In this document: positions 21,927 through 33,197 of the stretch, piece by piece
Layout: each line of letters begins with the position of its first letter
Position numbering within the stretch: the stretch's first letter is position 1
Source: Escherichia coli
GTDB taxonomy: Bacteria > Pseudomonadota > Gammaproteobacteria > Enterobacterales > Enterobacteriaceae
Assembly: GCF_003334385.1 (NCBI RefSeq)
Contig: NZ_QOWN01000010.1
DNA: 64,000 nucleotides
Reading direction: 5' to 3' (one strand)
Notes under the pieces: model-generated
What the model was told of the DNA's origin: nothing
The model's input: the letters and a program-made list of their open reading frames with translations, nothing else
Database searches by the model: none
Program-made: the position numbers and the translations under genes

Positions 21927-22586
21927 TTAATCGCGGCTAGCGAAGCCCAGAATGCTCAGCAGGCTGACGAAGATGTTGTACAGCGAAACATACAGGCTAA
22001 CCGTGGCACGAATATAGTTCGTCTCACCGCCATGAATGATGTTGCTGGTTTCAAACAAGATAGCGCCAGAGGAGATCAGAATGAAGACCGCGCTGATCGC
22101 CAGATGCAGAGCAGGCAGCTGCAGGAAGATATTCGCAACCATACCAATCAGCACCACCACAATACCCGCCATCAGCATACCGCCGAGGAACGACATATCT
22201 TTGCGGGTGGTCAGCACATATGCAGAGCAGCAGAAGAACACTAACGCCGTTCCGCCCAGTGCCATAGCGATTACGTCACCCATTCCGGCAGACAGATAGG
22301 TGTTCAGAATAGGTCCGAGGATATAACCCAGAAAACCGGTAAAGGCGAATGCGGAGATAATCCCGGTCGGCTTATTCGCCGTTTTATAGGTCAGGAACAT
22401 CAAACCATACATACCCACCAGCGTCAGAATCAGACCCGGAGATGGCAGCATCAGCACCGTACTGGCAGTTGCGGTAATCGCCGAAAAGGCCAGCGTCAGG
22501 CTCAGCAGAAAATAGGTATTACGCAGCACCTTATGGGTGCTAAGCAGTGATGTACGGTCATGTGAAGAACTAACAATACGATCCAT
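21927..22586 (-). CDS. yccA: Bax-inhibitor-1-family inner membrane protein YccA (FtsH modulator)
   Basis: 219-aa [31 protein letters not shown]... Confidence 0.95.
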   Translation of the reverse strand: MDRIVSSSHDRTSLLSTHKVLRNTYFLLSLTLAFSAITATASTVLMLPSPGLILTLVGMYGLMFLTYKTANKPTGIISAFAFTGFLGYILGPILNTYLSAGMGDVIAMALGGTALVFFCCSAYVLTTRKDMSFLGGMLMAGIVVVLIGMVANIFLQLPALHLAISAVFILISSGAILFETSNIIHGGETNYIRATVSLYVSLYNIFVSLLSILGFASRD

Positions 22587-22750
22587 TGAGTCACTCTCTA
22601 TGACAGATGTAATTAATTAAGCAGCATAATGATAATGCGTAAGGGCACCCAGAAGTTTTACCCATCTTTACGCATTTGATCTGGAACAGGTTTAACAGCG
22701 GATTATCAGGTCATTAAGCAAATATAACGCCCTGAGAATTTCGACAGGCA

Positions 22751-22782
22751 AAAGAAAAAGGGGTTAGCATTTAGCTAACCCC
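22751..22782 (-). terminator. Intrinsic terminator downstream of serT
   Basis: Stem ggggttagc / gctaacccc followed by a T-run on the minus strand. Confidence 0.8.
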
Positions 22783-22792
22783 TTATCTTATT

Positions 22793-22880
22793 TGGCGGAA
22801 GCGCAGAGATTCGAACTCTGGAACCCTTTCGGGTCGCCGGTTTTCAAGACCGGTGCCTTCAACCGCTCGGCCACACTTCC
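22793..22880 (-). tRNA. serT: tRNA-Ser (UGA anticodon)
   Basis: Reverse complement reads GGAAGTGTGGCCGAGCGGTTGAAGGCACCGGTCTTGAAAACCGG...CGCTTCCGCCA, with long variable arm and CCA end. Confidence 0.95.
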
Positions 22881-23306
22881 AGAATGACGCGCACTATAAA
22901 CATCCCGATGCGGCGTGTAAACCCCTAATTTGTTTGTTTGCCTGAAAAACAGCCAAAAGTGCATTGATAGCGTGAAATAACAGCAGATTGATCATTTCAT
23001 CACCATGAATTCCTTCTCTTTTACTCGTTTAGCAACCGGCTAAACATCCCCACCGCCCGGCCAAAAGAAAAATAGGTCCATTTTTATCGCTAAAAGATAA
23101 ATCCACACAGTTTGTATTGTTTTGTGCAAAAGTTTCACTACGCTTTATTAACAATACTTTCTGGCGACGTGCGCCAGTGCAGAAGGATGAGCTTTCGTTT
23201 TCAGCATCTCACGTGAAGCGATGGTTTGCCTTGCTACAGGGACGTCGCTTGCCGACCATAAGCGCCCGGTGTCCTGCCGGTGTCGCAAGGAGGAGAGACG
23301 TGCGAT

Positions 23307-24425
23307 ATGAATAACGAGGAAACATTTTACCAGGCCATGCGGCGTCAGGGCGTTACCCGGCGCAGCTTTCTCAAATATTGTAGTCTGGCTGCCACGTCGC
23401 TGGGATTAGGCGCGGGAATGGCACCAAAGATTGCCTGGGCGCTGGAGAACAAACCGCGCATTCCGGTGGTATGGATCCACGGTCTGGAATGCACCTGCTG
23501 TACCGAATCTTTTATCCGCTCCGCTCACCCACTGGCGAAGGACGTCATCCTTTCCCTGATTTCCCTCGATTACGACGATACTTTGATGGCTGCCGCCGGA
23601 ACCCAGGCGGAAGAAGTCTTTGAAGACATCATCACGCAATACAATGGCAAATATATCCTCGCAGTAGAAGGTAATCCGCCGCTGGGCGAGCAGGGGATGT
23701 TCTGTATCAGCAGCGGTCGACCGTTTATTGAGAAACTCAAACGTGCCGCTGCCGGAGCCAGCGCGATTATCGCCTGGGGAACCTGCGCGTCCTGGGGCTG
23801 CGTGCAGGCCGCGCGACCCAATCCGACGCAGGCAACGCCTATCGACAAAGTCATCACCGACAAACCCATTATCAAAGTACCTGGCTGCCCGCCGATCCCG
23901 GATGTGATGAGCGCCATCATTACTTACATGGTGACCTTTGATCGCTTGCCAGATGTCGACAGAATGGGCCGTCCGCTGATGTTCTATGGTCAGCGAATCC
24001 ACGATAAATGCTATCGCCGCGCCCACTTCGACGCCGGAGAGTTCGTCCAGAGTTGGGATGATGACGCTGCCCGCAAAGGTTACTGCCTGTACAAAATGGG
24101 CTGCAAAGGGCCTACCACCTATAACGCCTGTTCCTCCACACGCTGGAATGATGGCGTTTCTTTCCCAATCCAGTCTGGTCACGGCTGCCTGGGCTGTGCG
24201 GAAAATGGTTTCTGGGATCGCGGTTCGTTCTACAGCCGCGTGGTCGATATTCCGCAAATGGGTACTCATTCCACCGCCGATACCGTCGGTTTAACCGCGC
24301 TTGGCGTGGTGGCAGCGGCTGTTGGTGTGCACGCAGTCGCCAGCGCCGTTGACCAGCGCAGACGTCATAACCAGCAACCTACAGAAACCGAACATCAGCC
24401 AGGCAATGAGGATAAACAGGCATGA
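23307..24425 (+). CDS. hyaA: Hydrogenase-1 small subunit (Tat signal RRSFLK)
   Basis: ORF trimmed to [24 protein letters not shown] (372 aa); aggaggag RBS upstream. Confidence 0.95.
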   Translation: MNNEETFYQAMRRQGVTRRSFLKYCSLAATSLGLGAGMAPKIAWALENKPRIPVVWIHGLECTCCTESFIRSAHPLAKDVILSLISLDYDDTLMAAAGTQAEEVFEDIITQYNGKYILAVEGNPPLGEQGMFCISSGRPFIEKLKRAAAGASAIIAWGTCASWGCVQAARPNPTQATPIDKVITDKPIIKVPGCPPIPDVMSAIITYMVTFDRLPDVDRMGRPLMFYGQRIHDKCYRRAHFDAGEFVQSWDDDAARKGYCLYKMGCKGPTTYNACSSTRWNDGVSFPIQSGHGCLGCAENGFWDRGSFYSRVVDIPQMGTHSTADTVGLTALGVVAAAVGVHAVASAVDQRRRHNQQPTETEHQPGNEDKQA

Positions 24426-26215
24426 GCACTCAGTACGAAACTCAGGGATACACCATCAATAATGCCGGACGCCGCCTGGTGGTCGACCCGATTACGCGCA
24501 TCGAAGGCCACATGCGCTGCGAAGTGAATATTAACGATCAGAATGTGATCACCAATGCCGTCTCCTGCGGCACCATGTTTCGCGGGCTGGAGATCATCCT
24601 ACAAGGGCGCGACCCGCGCGATGCGTGGGCGTTCGTTGAACGTATCTGCGGCGTCTGTACTGGCGTACACGCCCTGGCTTCGGTTTACGCCATCGAAGAT
24701 GCTATCGGTATTAAAGTGCCGGACAACGCCAATATCATCCGCAACATTATGCTGGCAACGCTCTGGTGCCACGATCATCTGGTGCACTTCTATCAGCTTG
24801 CCGGGATGGACTGGATCGATGTGTTAGATGCGCTGAAAGCCGACCCGCGGAAAACCTCCGAACTGGCGCAAAGTCTCTCCTCTTGGCCGAAATCATCCCC
24901 TGGCTATTTCTTCGACGTACAAAACCGCCTGAAAAAATTTGTTGAAGGCGGGCAGTTGGGGATCTTCCGCAATGGCTACTGGGGGCACCCGCAGTACAAA
25001 CTGCCGCCAGAAGCTAACCTGATGGGCTTTGCCCACTATCTCGAAGCTCTCGATTTCCAGCGTGAAATTGTCAAAATCCACGCGGTCTTTGGCGGTAAAA
25101 ACCCGCATCCAAACTGGATTGTCGGCGGGATGCCTTGCGCCATCAACATTGACGAAAGCGGCGCGGTCGGGGCAGTCAATATGGAACGCCTGAACCTGGT
25201 GCAGTCAATTATCACCCGCACGGCGGACTTCATTAACAACGTGATGATCCCCGACGCCTTAGCCATCGGTCAGTTCAACAAACCGTGGAGCGAAATCGGC
25301 ACTGGTCTTTCTGATAAATGCGTTCTCAGCTACGGCGCATTCCCGGATATTGCCAACGACTTTGGCGAGAAAAGTCTGCTGATGCCTGGCGGCGCGGTGA
25401 TTAACGGCGACTTCAACAATGTGCTGCCAGTGGATTTGGTTGATCCGCAGCAGGTGCAGGAGTTTGTCGACCACGCCTGGTATCGATATCCCAACGATCA
25501 GGTCGGGCGTCATCCGTTCGATGGCATCACCGACCCGTGGTACAACCCCGGCGATGTCAAAGGCAGCGATACCAACATTCAGCAGCTGAATGAACAGGAA
25601 CGCTACTCGTGGATCAAAGCGCCACGCTGGCGCGGTAACGCGATGGAAGTGGGGCCGCTGGCGCGCACGTTAATCGCTTATCACAAAGGCGATGCTGCGA
25701 CCGTTGAGTCGGTCGATCGCATGATGTCGGCGTTGAACCTGCCGCTTTCCGGTATCCAGTCAACGTTAGGCCGCATTTTGTGCCGCGCGCACGAAGCGCA
25801 GTGGGCCGCAGGTAAGTTGCAGTATTTCTTCGACAAGCTGATGACCAACCTGAAAAACGGCAATCTCGCCACTGCTTCCACGGAAAAATGGGAACCTGCA
25901 ACCTGGCCGACAGAGTGCCGTGGTGTCGGTTTTACCGAAGCGCCGCGCGGGGCGTTAGGCCACTGGGCCGCCATTCGCGATGGCAAGATTGATCTCTACC
26001 AGTGCGTGGTGCCGACCACCTGGAACGCCAGCCCGCGCGATCCCAAAGGGCAGATTGGCGCTTATGAAGCGGCGCTGATGAACACCAAAATGGCGATCCC
26101 CGAGCAACCGCTGGAGATCCTGCGTACTCTGCACAGCTTTGACCCGTGCCTCGCCTGTTCAACACACGTGCTGGGCGACGACGGTAGCGAGCTGATCTCC
26201 GTGCAGGTGCGTTAA
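24422..26215 (+). CDS. hyaB: Hydrogenase-1 large [NiFe] subunit
   Basis: 597-aa ORF with RICGVC N-terminal and DPCLAC C-terminal Ni-binding motifs. Confidence 0.96.
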   Translation: MSTQYETQGYTINNAGRRLVVDPITRIEGHMRCEVNINDQNVITNAVSCGTMFRGLEIILQGRDPRDAWAFVERICGVCTGVHALASVYAIEDAIGIKVPDNANIIRNIMLATLWCHDHLVHFYQLAGMDWIDVLDALKADPRKTSELAQSLSSWPKSSPGYFFDVQNRLKKFVEGGQLGIFRNGYWGHPQYKLPPEANLMGFAHYLEALDFQREIVKIHAVFGGKNPHPNWIVGGMPCAINIDESGAVGAVNMERLNLVQSIITRTADFINNVMIPDALAIGQFNKPWSEIGTGLSDKCVLSYGAFPDIANDFGEKSLLMPGGAVINGDFNNVLPVDLVDPQQVQEFVDHAWYRYPNDQVGRHPFDGITDPWYNPGDVKGSDTNIQQLNEQERYSWIKAPRWRGNAMEVGPLARTLIAYHKGDAATVESVDRMMSALNLPLSGIQSTLGRILCRAHEAQWAAGKLQYFFDKLMTNLKNGNLATASTEKWEPATWPTECRGVGFTEAPRGALGHWAAIRDGKIDLYQCVVPTTWNASPRDPKGQIGAYEAALMNTKMAIPEQPLEILRTLHSFDPCLACSTHVLGDDGSELISVQVR

Positions 26216-26233
26216 CAGCGAAGGAGAATCATC

Positions 26234-26941
26234 ATGCAACAGAAAAGCGACAACGTTGTCAGCCACTATGTCTTTGAAGCGCCAGTGCGCATCTGGCACT
26301 GGTTGACGGTGTTATGCATGGCGGTGTTGATGGTCACCGGATACTTTATCGGCAAGCCGCTACCTTCCGTCAGCGGCGAGGCGACGTATCTGTTCTATAT
26401 GGGCTACATCAGGTTAATTCACTTCAGCGCCGGGATGGTTTTTACCGTGGTTTTGCTGATGCGGATCTACTGGGCTTTTGTTGGCAATCGATACTCCCGC
26501 GAGCTGTTTATCGTGCCGGTATGGCGTAAAAGCTGGTGGCAGGGCGTGTGGTATGAAATCCGCTGGTATCTGTTTCTGGCAAAACGTCCGAGTGCCGATA
26601 TAGGCCATAATCCCATCGCCCAGGCGGCGATGTTCGGCTATTTCCTGATGTCGGTCTTTATGATCATCACTGGTTTTGCGCTGTACAGCGAACACAGCCA
26701 GTACGCTATTTTTGCGCCGTTCCGTTATGTGGTGGAATTTTTCTACTGGACGGGTGGCAACTCAATGGACATTCACAGCTGGCATCGGCTGGGGATGTGG
26801 CTGATTGGCGCGTTTGTGATCGGTCATGTCTACATGGCGCTGCGTGAAGACATCATGTCCGACGACACGGTGATCTCCACCATGGTCAACGGCTACCGTA
26901 GCCACAAATTTGGCAAAATAAGTAACAAGGAGCGTTCATGA
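26234..26941 (+). CDS. hyaC: Hydrogenase-1 cytochrome b subunit
   Basis: 235-aa hydrophobic ORF; operon position. Confidence 0.95.
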
Positions 26942-27525
26942 GCGAGCAACGCGTGGTGGTCATGGGGCTGGGCAACCTGCTGTGGGCCGATGAAGGCTTC
27001 GGCGTGCGGGTGGCGGAACGGCTGTATGCCCATTACCACTGGCCCGAGTATGTGGAGATTGTCGATGGCGGTACTCAGGGACTGAACTTGCTGGGGTATG
27101 TCGAAAGCGCCAGCCATCTGTTGATTCTCGATGCCATTGACTACGGGCTGGAACCTGGAACGCTGCGAACCTATGCCGGAGAACGCATTCCGGCTTATCT
27201 CAGCGCGAAGAAAATGAGCCTGCATCAGAACAGTTTCTCCGAAGTGTTGGCGCTGGCGGATATCCGCGGACATCTGCCAGCACATATTGCCCTCGTCGGT
27301 CTGCAACCCGCAATGCTCGACGACTACGGCGGTAGCCTGAGCGAACTGGCACGGGAGCAACTGCCCGCTGCGGAACAGGCGGCGCTGGCGCAGCTTGCTG
27401 CGTGGGGAATTGTGCCGCAACCGGCTAATGAATCGCGCTGTCTCAATTATGACTGTCTGTCGATGGAAAATTACGAAGGCGTTCGCTTGCGCCAGTACCG
27501 GATGACACAGGAGGAGCAGGGATGA
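26938..27525 (+). CDS. hyaD: Hydrogenase-1 maturation endopeptidase
   Basis: 195-aa ORF; 4-nt overlap with hyaC. Confidence 0.95.
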
Positions 27526-27920
27526 GCAACGACACGCCATTTGATGCGTTGTGGCAACGAATGCTGGCGCGCGGCTGGACGCCAGTCAGTGAATCCCGTC
27601 TTGACGACTGGCTTACGCAAGCGCCAGACGGCGTGGTGTTATTAAGCAGTGACCCGAAACGCACGCCAGAGGTCAGCGATAATCCGGTAATGATTGGCGA
27701 ATTACTGCGCGAGTTTCCCGACTATACATGGCAGGTGGCGATTGCTGACCTTGAGCAGAGCGAAGCCATCGGCGATCGCTTTGGCGTCTTTCGCTTTCCT
27801 GCCACTTTAGTGTTTACCGGCGGAAACTATCGCGGCGTGCTGAATGGTATTCACCCGTGGGCGGAACTGATAAACCTGATGCGCGGGCTTGTCGAACCGC
27901 AGCAGGAGCGTGCCTCATGA
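27522..27920 (+). CDS. hyaE: Hydrogenase-1 operon chaperone HyaE
   Basis: 132-aa ORF; operon position. Confidence 0.93.
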
Positions 27921-28774
27921 GCGAAACTTTTTTCCATCTGCTGGGGCCAGGAACGCAACCGAACGATGACAGTTTCAGCATGAATCCACTGCCGATCACC
28001 TGTCAGGTGAATGATGAACCGAGTATGGCGGCCCTGGAGCAATGTGCTCACAGCCCGCAGGTGATTGCGCTGTTAAACGAGTTACAACATCAACTAAGCG
28101 AACGCCAACCGCCGTTGGGCGAGGTGCTGGCAGTCGATCTGTTAAATCTCAACGCCGACGATCGTCACTTTATCAATACGCTTCTCGGGGAAGGGGAAGT
28201 GTCAGTGCGCATTCAGCAGGCTGACGACAGTGAAAGTGAAATACAGGAGGCGATCTTCTGCGGATTATGGCGGGTGCGCAGACGTCGCGGCGAAAAGTTG
28301 CTGGAGGACAAACTGGAGGCTGGCTGCGCGCCGCTGGCGTTGTGGCAGGCGGCAACGCAAAATCTCTTGCCGACAGATTCGCTGTTACCGCCGCCCATTG
28401 ATGGCCTGATGAATGGCCTACCGTTGGCGCATGAGTTACTGGCACATGTACGTAACCCCGACGCGCAGCCGCACAGCATTAATCTGACGCAATTACCCAT
28501 CAGCGAGGCTGATCGGCTTTTTCTCTCACGTCTCTGTGGGCCGGGAAATATTCAGATTCGTACCATTGGCTATGGCGAGAGCTATATCAACGCCACGGGG
28601 TTACGCCATGTCTGGCATTTACGCTGTACGGACACCTTAAAAGGCCCGTTACTGGAAAGTTATGAAATCTGCCCAATACCGGAAGTGGTGCTGGCAGCGC
28701 CAGAAGATTTGGTCGACTCTGCGCAGCGGCTTAGCGAGGTATGTCAGTGGCTGGCGGAAGCTGCACCGACGTAA
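27917..28774 (+). CDS. hyaF: Hydrogenase-1 operon protein HyaF
   Basis: ORF trimmed to [12 protein letters not shown] (285 aa); 4-nt overlap with hyaE. Confidence 0.93.
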   Translation: MSETFFHLLGPGTQPNDDSFSMNPLPITCQVNDEPSMAALEQCAHSPQVIALLNELQHQLSERQPPLGEVLAVDLLNLNADDRHFINTLLGEGEVSVRIQQADDSESEIQEAIFCGLWRVRRRRGEKLLEDKLEAGCAPLALWQAATQNLLPTDSLLPPPIDGLMNGLPLAHELLAHVRNPDAQPHSINLTQLPISEADRLFLSRLCGPGNIQIRTIGYGESYINATGLRHVWHLRCTDTLKGPLLESYEICPIPEVVLAAPEDLVDSAQRLSEVCQWLAEAAPT

Positions 28775-28907
28775 AAAGACGGTAAGTATCGCTTTCAGTC
28801 TTATGAATATCGCAATCGGCGAATACCTCTGGTCGTAGAGTTTCAGGATAAAGAGGGAGATCTACCATTATCGGGTTATTTTTCTCTCTTCGCCTACAGG
28901 AGTGCGC

Positions 28908-30452
28908 ATGTGGGATGTCATTGATTTATCGCGCTGGCAGTTTGCTCTGACCGCGCTGTATCACTTTTTATTTGTACCCCTTACCCTGGGGCTGATTTTT
29001 TTGCTGGCTATTATGGAAACCATTTACGTGGTCACCGGCAAAACAATCTACCGCGATATGACGCGCTTCTGGGGTAAGCTCTTCGGTATCAATTTTGCTC
29101 TTGGCGTGGCTACCGGCCTGACCATGGAGTTTCAGTTTGGTACTAACTGGTCATTCTATTCCAACTATGTGGGCGATATTTTTGGCGCACCGCTGGCGAT
29201 GGAAGCATTAATGGCCTTCTTCCTCGAATCCACCTTTGTCGGGCTGTTCTTCTTCGGCTGGCAACGGCTGAATAAATACCAGCACCTGCTGGTGACGTGG
29301 CTGGTGGCGTTCGGTTCAAATCTCTCTGCGTTGTGGATATTGAATGCCAACGGTTGGATGCAATACCCGACCGGTGCGCATTTTGATATCGACACCCTGC
29401 GTATGGAGATGACCAGCTTCAGCGAGCTGGTCTTTAATCCGGTCAGCCAGGTGAAATTTGTGCACACCGTAATGGCGGGCTACGTGACCGGGGCCATGTT
29501 TATTATGGCGATCAGCGCCTGGTATTTACTGCGCGGACGGGAGCGCGATGTCGCATTACGCTCGTTTGCCATCGGTTCCGTCTTCGGTACTCTGGCGATT
29601 ATCGGTACCCTGCAACTCGGAGACAGTTCTGCGTATGAAGTCGCGCAAGTACAACCGGTAAAACTGGCGGCGATGGAAGGGGAGTGGCAAACGGAACCTG
29701 CACCTGCACCGTTCCATGTGGTTGCCTGGCCGGAACAGGATCAAGAGCGTAACGCCTTTGCCCTCAAAATTCCCGCGCTGCTAGGGATCCTCGCCACTCA
29801 CTCATTAGATAAACCCGTGCCGGGTCTGAAGAATTTGATGGCTGAAACCTACCCACGCTTGCAACGCGGACGTATGGCCTGGCTGTTAATGCAGGAAATA
29901 TCGCAAGGCAATCGTGAGCCGCATGTGTTGCAGGCATTCCGGGGACTGGAAGGTGACCTGGGCTACGGCATGTTGCTCTCCCGCTATGCGCCGGATATGA
30001 ATCATGTCACAGCCGCACAGTACCAGGCGGCGATGCGTGGCGCGATACCTCAGGTTGCGCCGGTATTCTGGAGTTTCCGCATCATGGTGGGCTGTGGTTC
30101 CCTGCTGCTACTGGTGATGCTGATTGCGCTTGTCCAGACGCTGCGTGGCAAAATCGACCAGCATCGCTGGGTGCTGAAAATGGCGCTCTGGAGTTTGCCG
30201 TTGCCGTGGATTGCGATTGAAGCCGGGTGGTTTATGACCGAGTTTGGTCGTCAGCCGTGGGCGATACAGGACATCTTACCGACATACTCCGCGCACTCCG
30301 CTTTAACCACAGGACAACTGGCTTTCTCACTGATCATGATCGTAGGGCTTTACACCCTGTTCTTAATCGCCGAAGTCTACCTGATGCAGAAATATGCCCG
30401 TCTGGGGCCGAGCGCGATGCAGAGTGAACAACCGACGCAGCAACAGGGGTAA
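28908..30452 (+). CDS. appC: Cytochrome bd-II oxidase subunit I
   Basis: ORF trimmed to [12 protein letters not shown] (514 aa); GRQPW Q-loop motif. Confidence 0.95.
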
Positions 30453-30463
30453 AGGAGAAAATC

Positions 30464-31600
30464 ATGTTTGATTATGAAACATTGCGCTTCATCTGGTGGC
30501 TGCTGATTGGCGTGATCCTGGTGGTCTTTATGATCTCCGACGGATTTGACATGGGGATCGGCTGTCTGCTGCCGCTGGTGGCGCGTAATGATGATGAACG
30601 CCGGATAGTGATAAACAGCGTTGGTGCACACTGGGAAGGCAACCAGGTCTGGTTGATCCTCGCTGGTGGGGCATTATTTGCCGCCTGGCCCAGAGTGTAT
30701 GCAGCGGCGTTTTCCGGCTTTTATGTGGCGATGATCCTGGTGCTGTGCTCACTGTTCTTCCGCCCGCTGGCCTTTGATTATCGCGGAAAAATCGCCGATG
30801 CACGCTGGCGTAAAATGTGGGACGCCGGTCTGGTCATCGGCAGTCTGGTGCCGCCGGTAGTCTTCGGTATCGCCTTCGGCAACTTGTTGCTCGGCGTGCC
30901 GTTTGCCTTCACACCGCAATTACGCGTGGAGTATCTCGGCAGCTTCTGGCAACTGCTGACGCCATTCCCTTTATTGTGCGGATTGCTCAGCCTTGGGATG
31001 GTGATTTTGCAAGGTGGCGTCTGGTTACAACTGAAAACTGTTGGTGTGATTCATCTGCGTTCACAGCTGGCGACCAAACGCGCTGCACTGTTGGTGATGC
31101 TGTGCTTTTTGCTGGCGGGTTACTGGCTGTGGGTCGGTATTGATGGCTTTGTACTGCTCGCCCAGGATGCTAACGGTCCTTCCAATCCGTTAATGAAACT
31201 GGTGGCAGTGCTACCTGGTGCCTGGATGAATAATTTTGTCGAGTCGCCCGTTTTGTGGATCTTCCCGCTGCTGGGATTCTTCTGCCCATTGCTGACGGTG
31301 ATGGCGATTTATCGTGGTCGCCCGGGTTGGGGATTTTTGATGGCATCATTGATGCAATTTGGCGTGATTTTCACGGCAGGCATCACGCTGTTCCCCTTTG
31401 TCATGCCGTCAAGCGTGAGTCCGATCTCCAGCCTGACGTTGTGGGACAGTACTTCCAGTCAGCTGACGCTGAGCATTATGTTGGTAATCGTGCTGATATT
31501 TTTGCCCATTGTGTTGCTCTACACTCTCTGGAGCTACTACAAAATGTGGGGGCGCATGACAACAGAAACTCTCCGCCGTAACGAAAACGAGTTGTACTAA
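30464..31600 (+). CDS. appB: Cytochrome bd-II oxidase subunit II
   Basis: 378-aa hydrophobic ORF. Confidence 0.95.
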
Positions 31601-31612
31601 GGAGCAGAAACA

Positions 31613-31705
31613 ATGTGGTATTTACTTTGGTTCGTCGGCATTTTGTTGATGTGTTCGCTCTCCACCCTTGTGTTGGTATGGCTGGACCCGCGTCTGAAAA
31701 GTTAA
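31613..31705 (+). CDS. appX: Cytochrome bd-II small subunit AppX (30 aa)
   Basis: Translation MWYLLWFVGILLMCSLSTLVLVWLDPRLKS after RBS aaggag; below ORF-track cutoff. Confidence 0.88.
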   Translation: MWYLLWFVGILLMCSLSTLVLVWLDPRLKS

Positions 31706-31784
31706 CGAACGTAGGCCTGATGCGGCGCATTAGCATCGCATCAGGCAATCAATAATGTCAGATATGAAAAGCGGAAACATATCG

Positions 31785-33083
31785 ATGAAAGCGATCTTAA
31801 TCCCATTTTTATCTCTTCTGATTCCGTTAACCCCGCAATCTGCATTCGCTCAGAGTGAGCCGGAGCTGAAGCTGGAAAGTGTGGTGATTGTCAGTCGTCA
31901 TGGTGTGCGTGCTCCAACCAAGGCCACGCAACTGATGCAGGATGTCACCCCAGACGCATGGCCAACCTGGCCGGTAAAACTGGGTTGGCTGACACCGCGC
32001 GGTGGTGAGCTAATCGCCTATCTCGGACATTACCAACGCCAGCGTCTGGTAGCCGACGGATTGCTGGCGAAAAAGGGCTGCCCGCAGTCTGGTCAGGTCG
32101 CGATTATTGCTGATGTCGACGAGCGTACCCGTAAAACAGGCGAAGCCTTCGCCGCCGGGCTGGCACCTGACTGTGCAATAACCGTACATACCCAGGCAGA
32201 TACGTCCAGTCCCGATCCGTTATTTAATCCTCTAAAAACTGGCGTTTGCCAACTGGATAACGCGAACGTGACTGACGCGATCCTCAGCAGGGCAGGAGGG
32301 TCAATTGCTGACTTTACCGGGCATCGGCAAACGGCGTTTCGCGAACTGGAACGGGTGCTTAATTTTCCGCAATCAAACTTGTGCCTTAAACGTGAGAAAC
32401 AGGACGAAAGCTGTTCATTAACGCAGGCATTACCATCGGAACTCAAGGTGAGCGCCGACAATGTCTCATTAACCGGTGCGGTAAGCCTCGCATCAATGCT
32501 GACGGAGATATTTCTCCTGCAACAAGCACAGGGAATGCCGGAGCCGGGGTGGGGAAGGATCACCGATTCACACCAGTGGAACACCTTGCTAAGTTTGCAT
32601 AACGCGCAATTTTATTTGCTACAACGCACGCCAGAGGTTGCCCGCAGCCGCGCCACCCCGTTATTAGATTTGATCAAGACAGCGTTGACGCCCCATCCAC
32701 CGCAAAAACAGGCGTATGGTGTGACATTACCCACTTCAGTGCTGTTTATCGCCGGACACGATACTAATCTGGCAAATCTCGGCGGCGCACTGGAGCTCAA
32801 CTGGACGCTTCCCGGTCAGCCGGATAACACGCCGCCAGGTGGTGAACTGGTGTTTGAACGCTGGCGTCGGCTAAGCGATAACAGCCAGTGGATTCAGGTT
32901 TCGCTGGTCTTCCAGACTTTACAGCAGATGCGTGATAAAACGCCGCTGTCATTAAATACGCCGCCCGGAGAGGTGAAACTGACCCTGGCAGGATGTGAAG
33001 AGCGAAATGCGCAGGGCATGTGTTCGTTGGCAGGTTTTACGCAAATCGTGAATGAAGCACGCATACCGGCGTGCAGTTTGTAA
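31785..33083 (+). CDS. appA: Periplasmic acid phosphatase/phytase (histidine acid phosphatase)
   Basis: ORF trimmed to MKAILIPFLSLLIP (432 aa); RHGVRAP active-site motif. Confidence 0.95.
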   Translation: MKAILIPFLSLLIPLTPQSAFAQSEPELKLESVVIVSRHGVRAPTKATQLMQDVTPDAWPTWPVKLGWLTPRGGELIAYLGHYQRQRLVADGLLAKKGCPQSGQVAIIADVDERTRKTGEAFAAGLAPDCAITVHTQADTSSPDPLFNPLKTGVCQLDNANVTDAILSRAGGSIADFTGHRQTAFRELERVLNFPQSNLCLKREKQDESCSLTQALPSELKVSADNVSLTGAVSLASMLTEIFLLQQAQGMPEPGWGRITDSHQWNTLLSLHNAQFYLLQRTPEVARSRATPLLDLIKTALTPHPPQKQAYGVTLPTSVLFIAGHDTNLANLGGALELNWTLPGQPDNTPPGGELVFERWRRLSDNSQWIQVSLVFQTLQQMRDKTPLSLNTPPGEVKLTLAGCEERNAQGMCSLAGFTQIVNEARIPACSL

Positions 33084-33085
33084 TG

Positions 33086-33118
33086 CATAAAAAAGAGCAT
33101 TCAGTTACCTGAATGCTC
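33086..33118. terminator. Hairpin between convergent appA and etk
   Basis: Stem agagcattcag / ctgaatgctct with loop ttac; A-run on the + strand gives a U-run for the minus-strand transcript. Confidence 0.6.
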
Positions 33119-33152
33119 TGAGGCTGATGACAAACGAAGAACTGTCTAATGC

Positions 33153-33187
33153 GTAGACCGGAAAAGGCGTTCACGCCGCATCCGGCC
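33153..33187. repeat. REP element
   Basis: gtagaccggaaaaggcgttcacgccgcatccggcca, the canonical REP palindrome. Confidence 0.7.
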
Positions 33188-33197
33188 ACTTTCAGTT

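Noticed and set aside
22587-23306. serT tRNA-Ser as a possible integration site for a genomic island
   Set aside because: The tRNA is flanked directly by yccA and the hya promoter region; no integrase, direct repeat of the tRNA 3' end, or foreign gene block is present.
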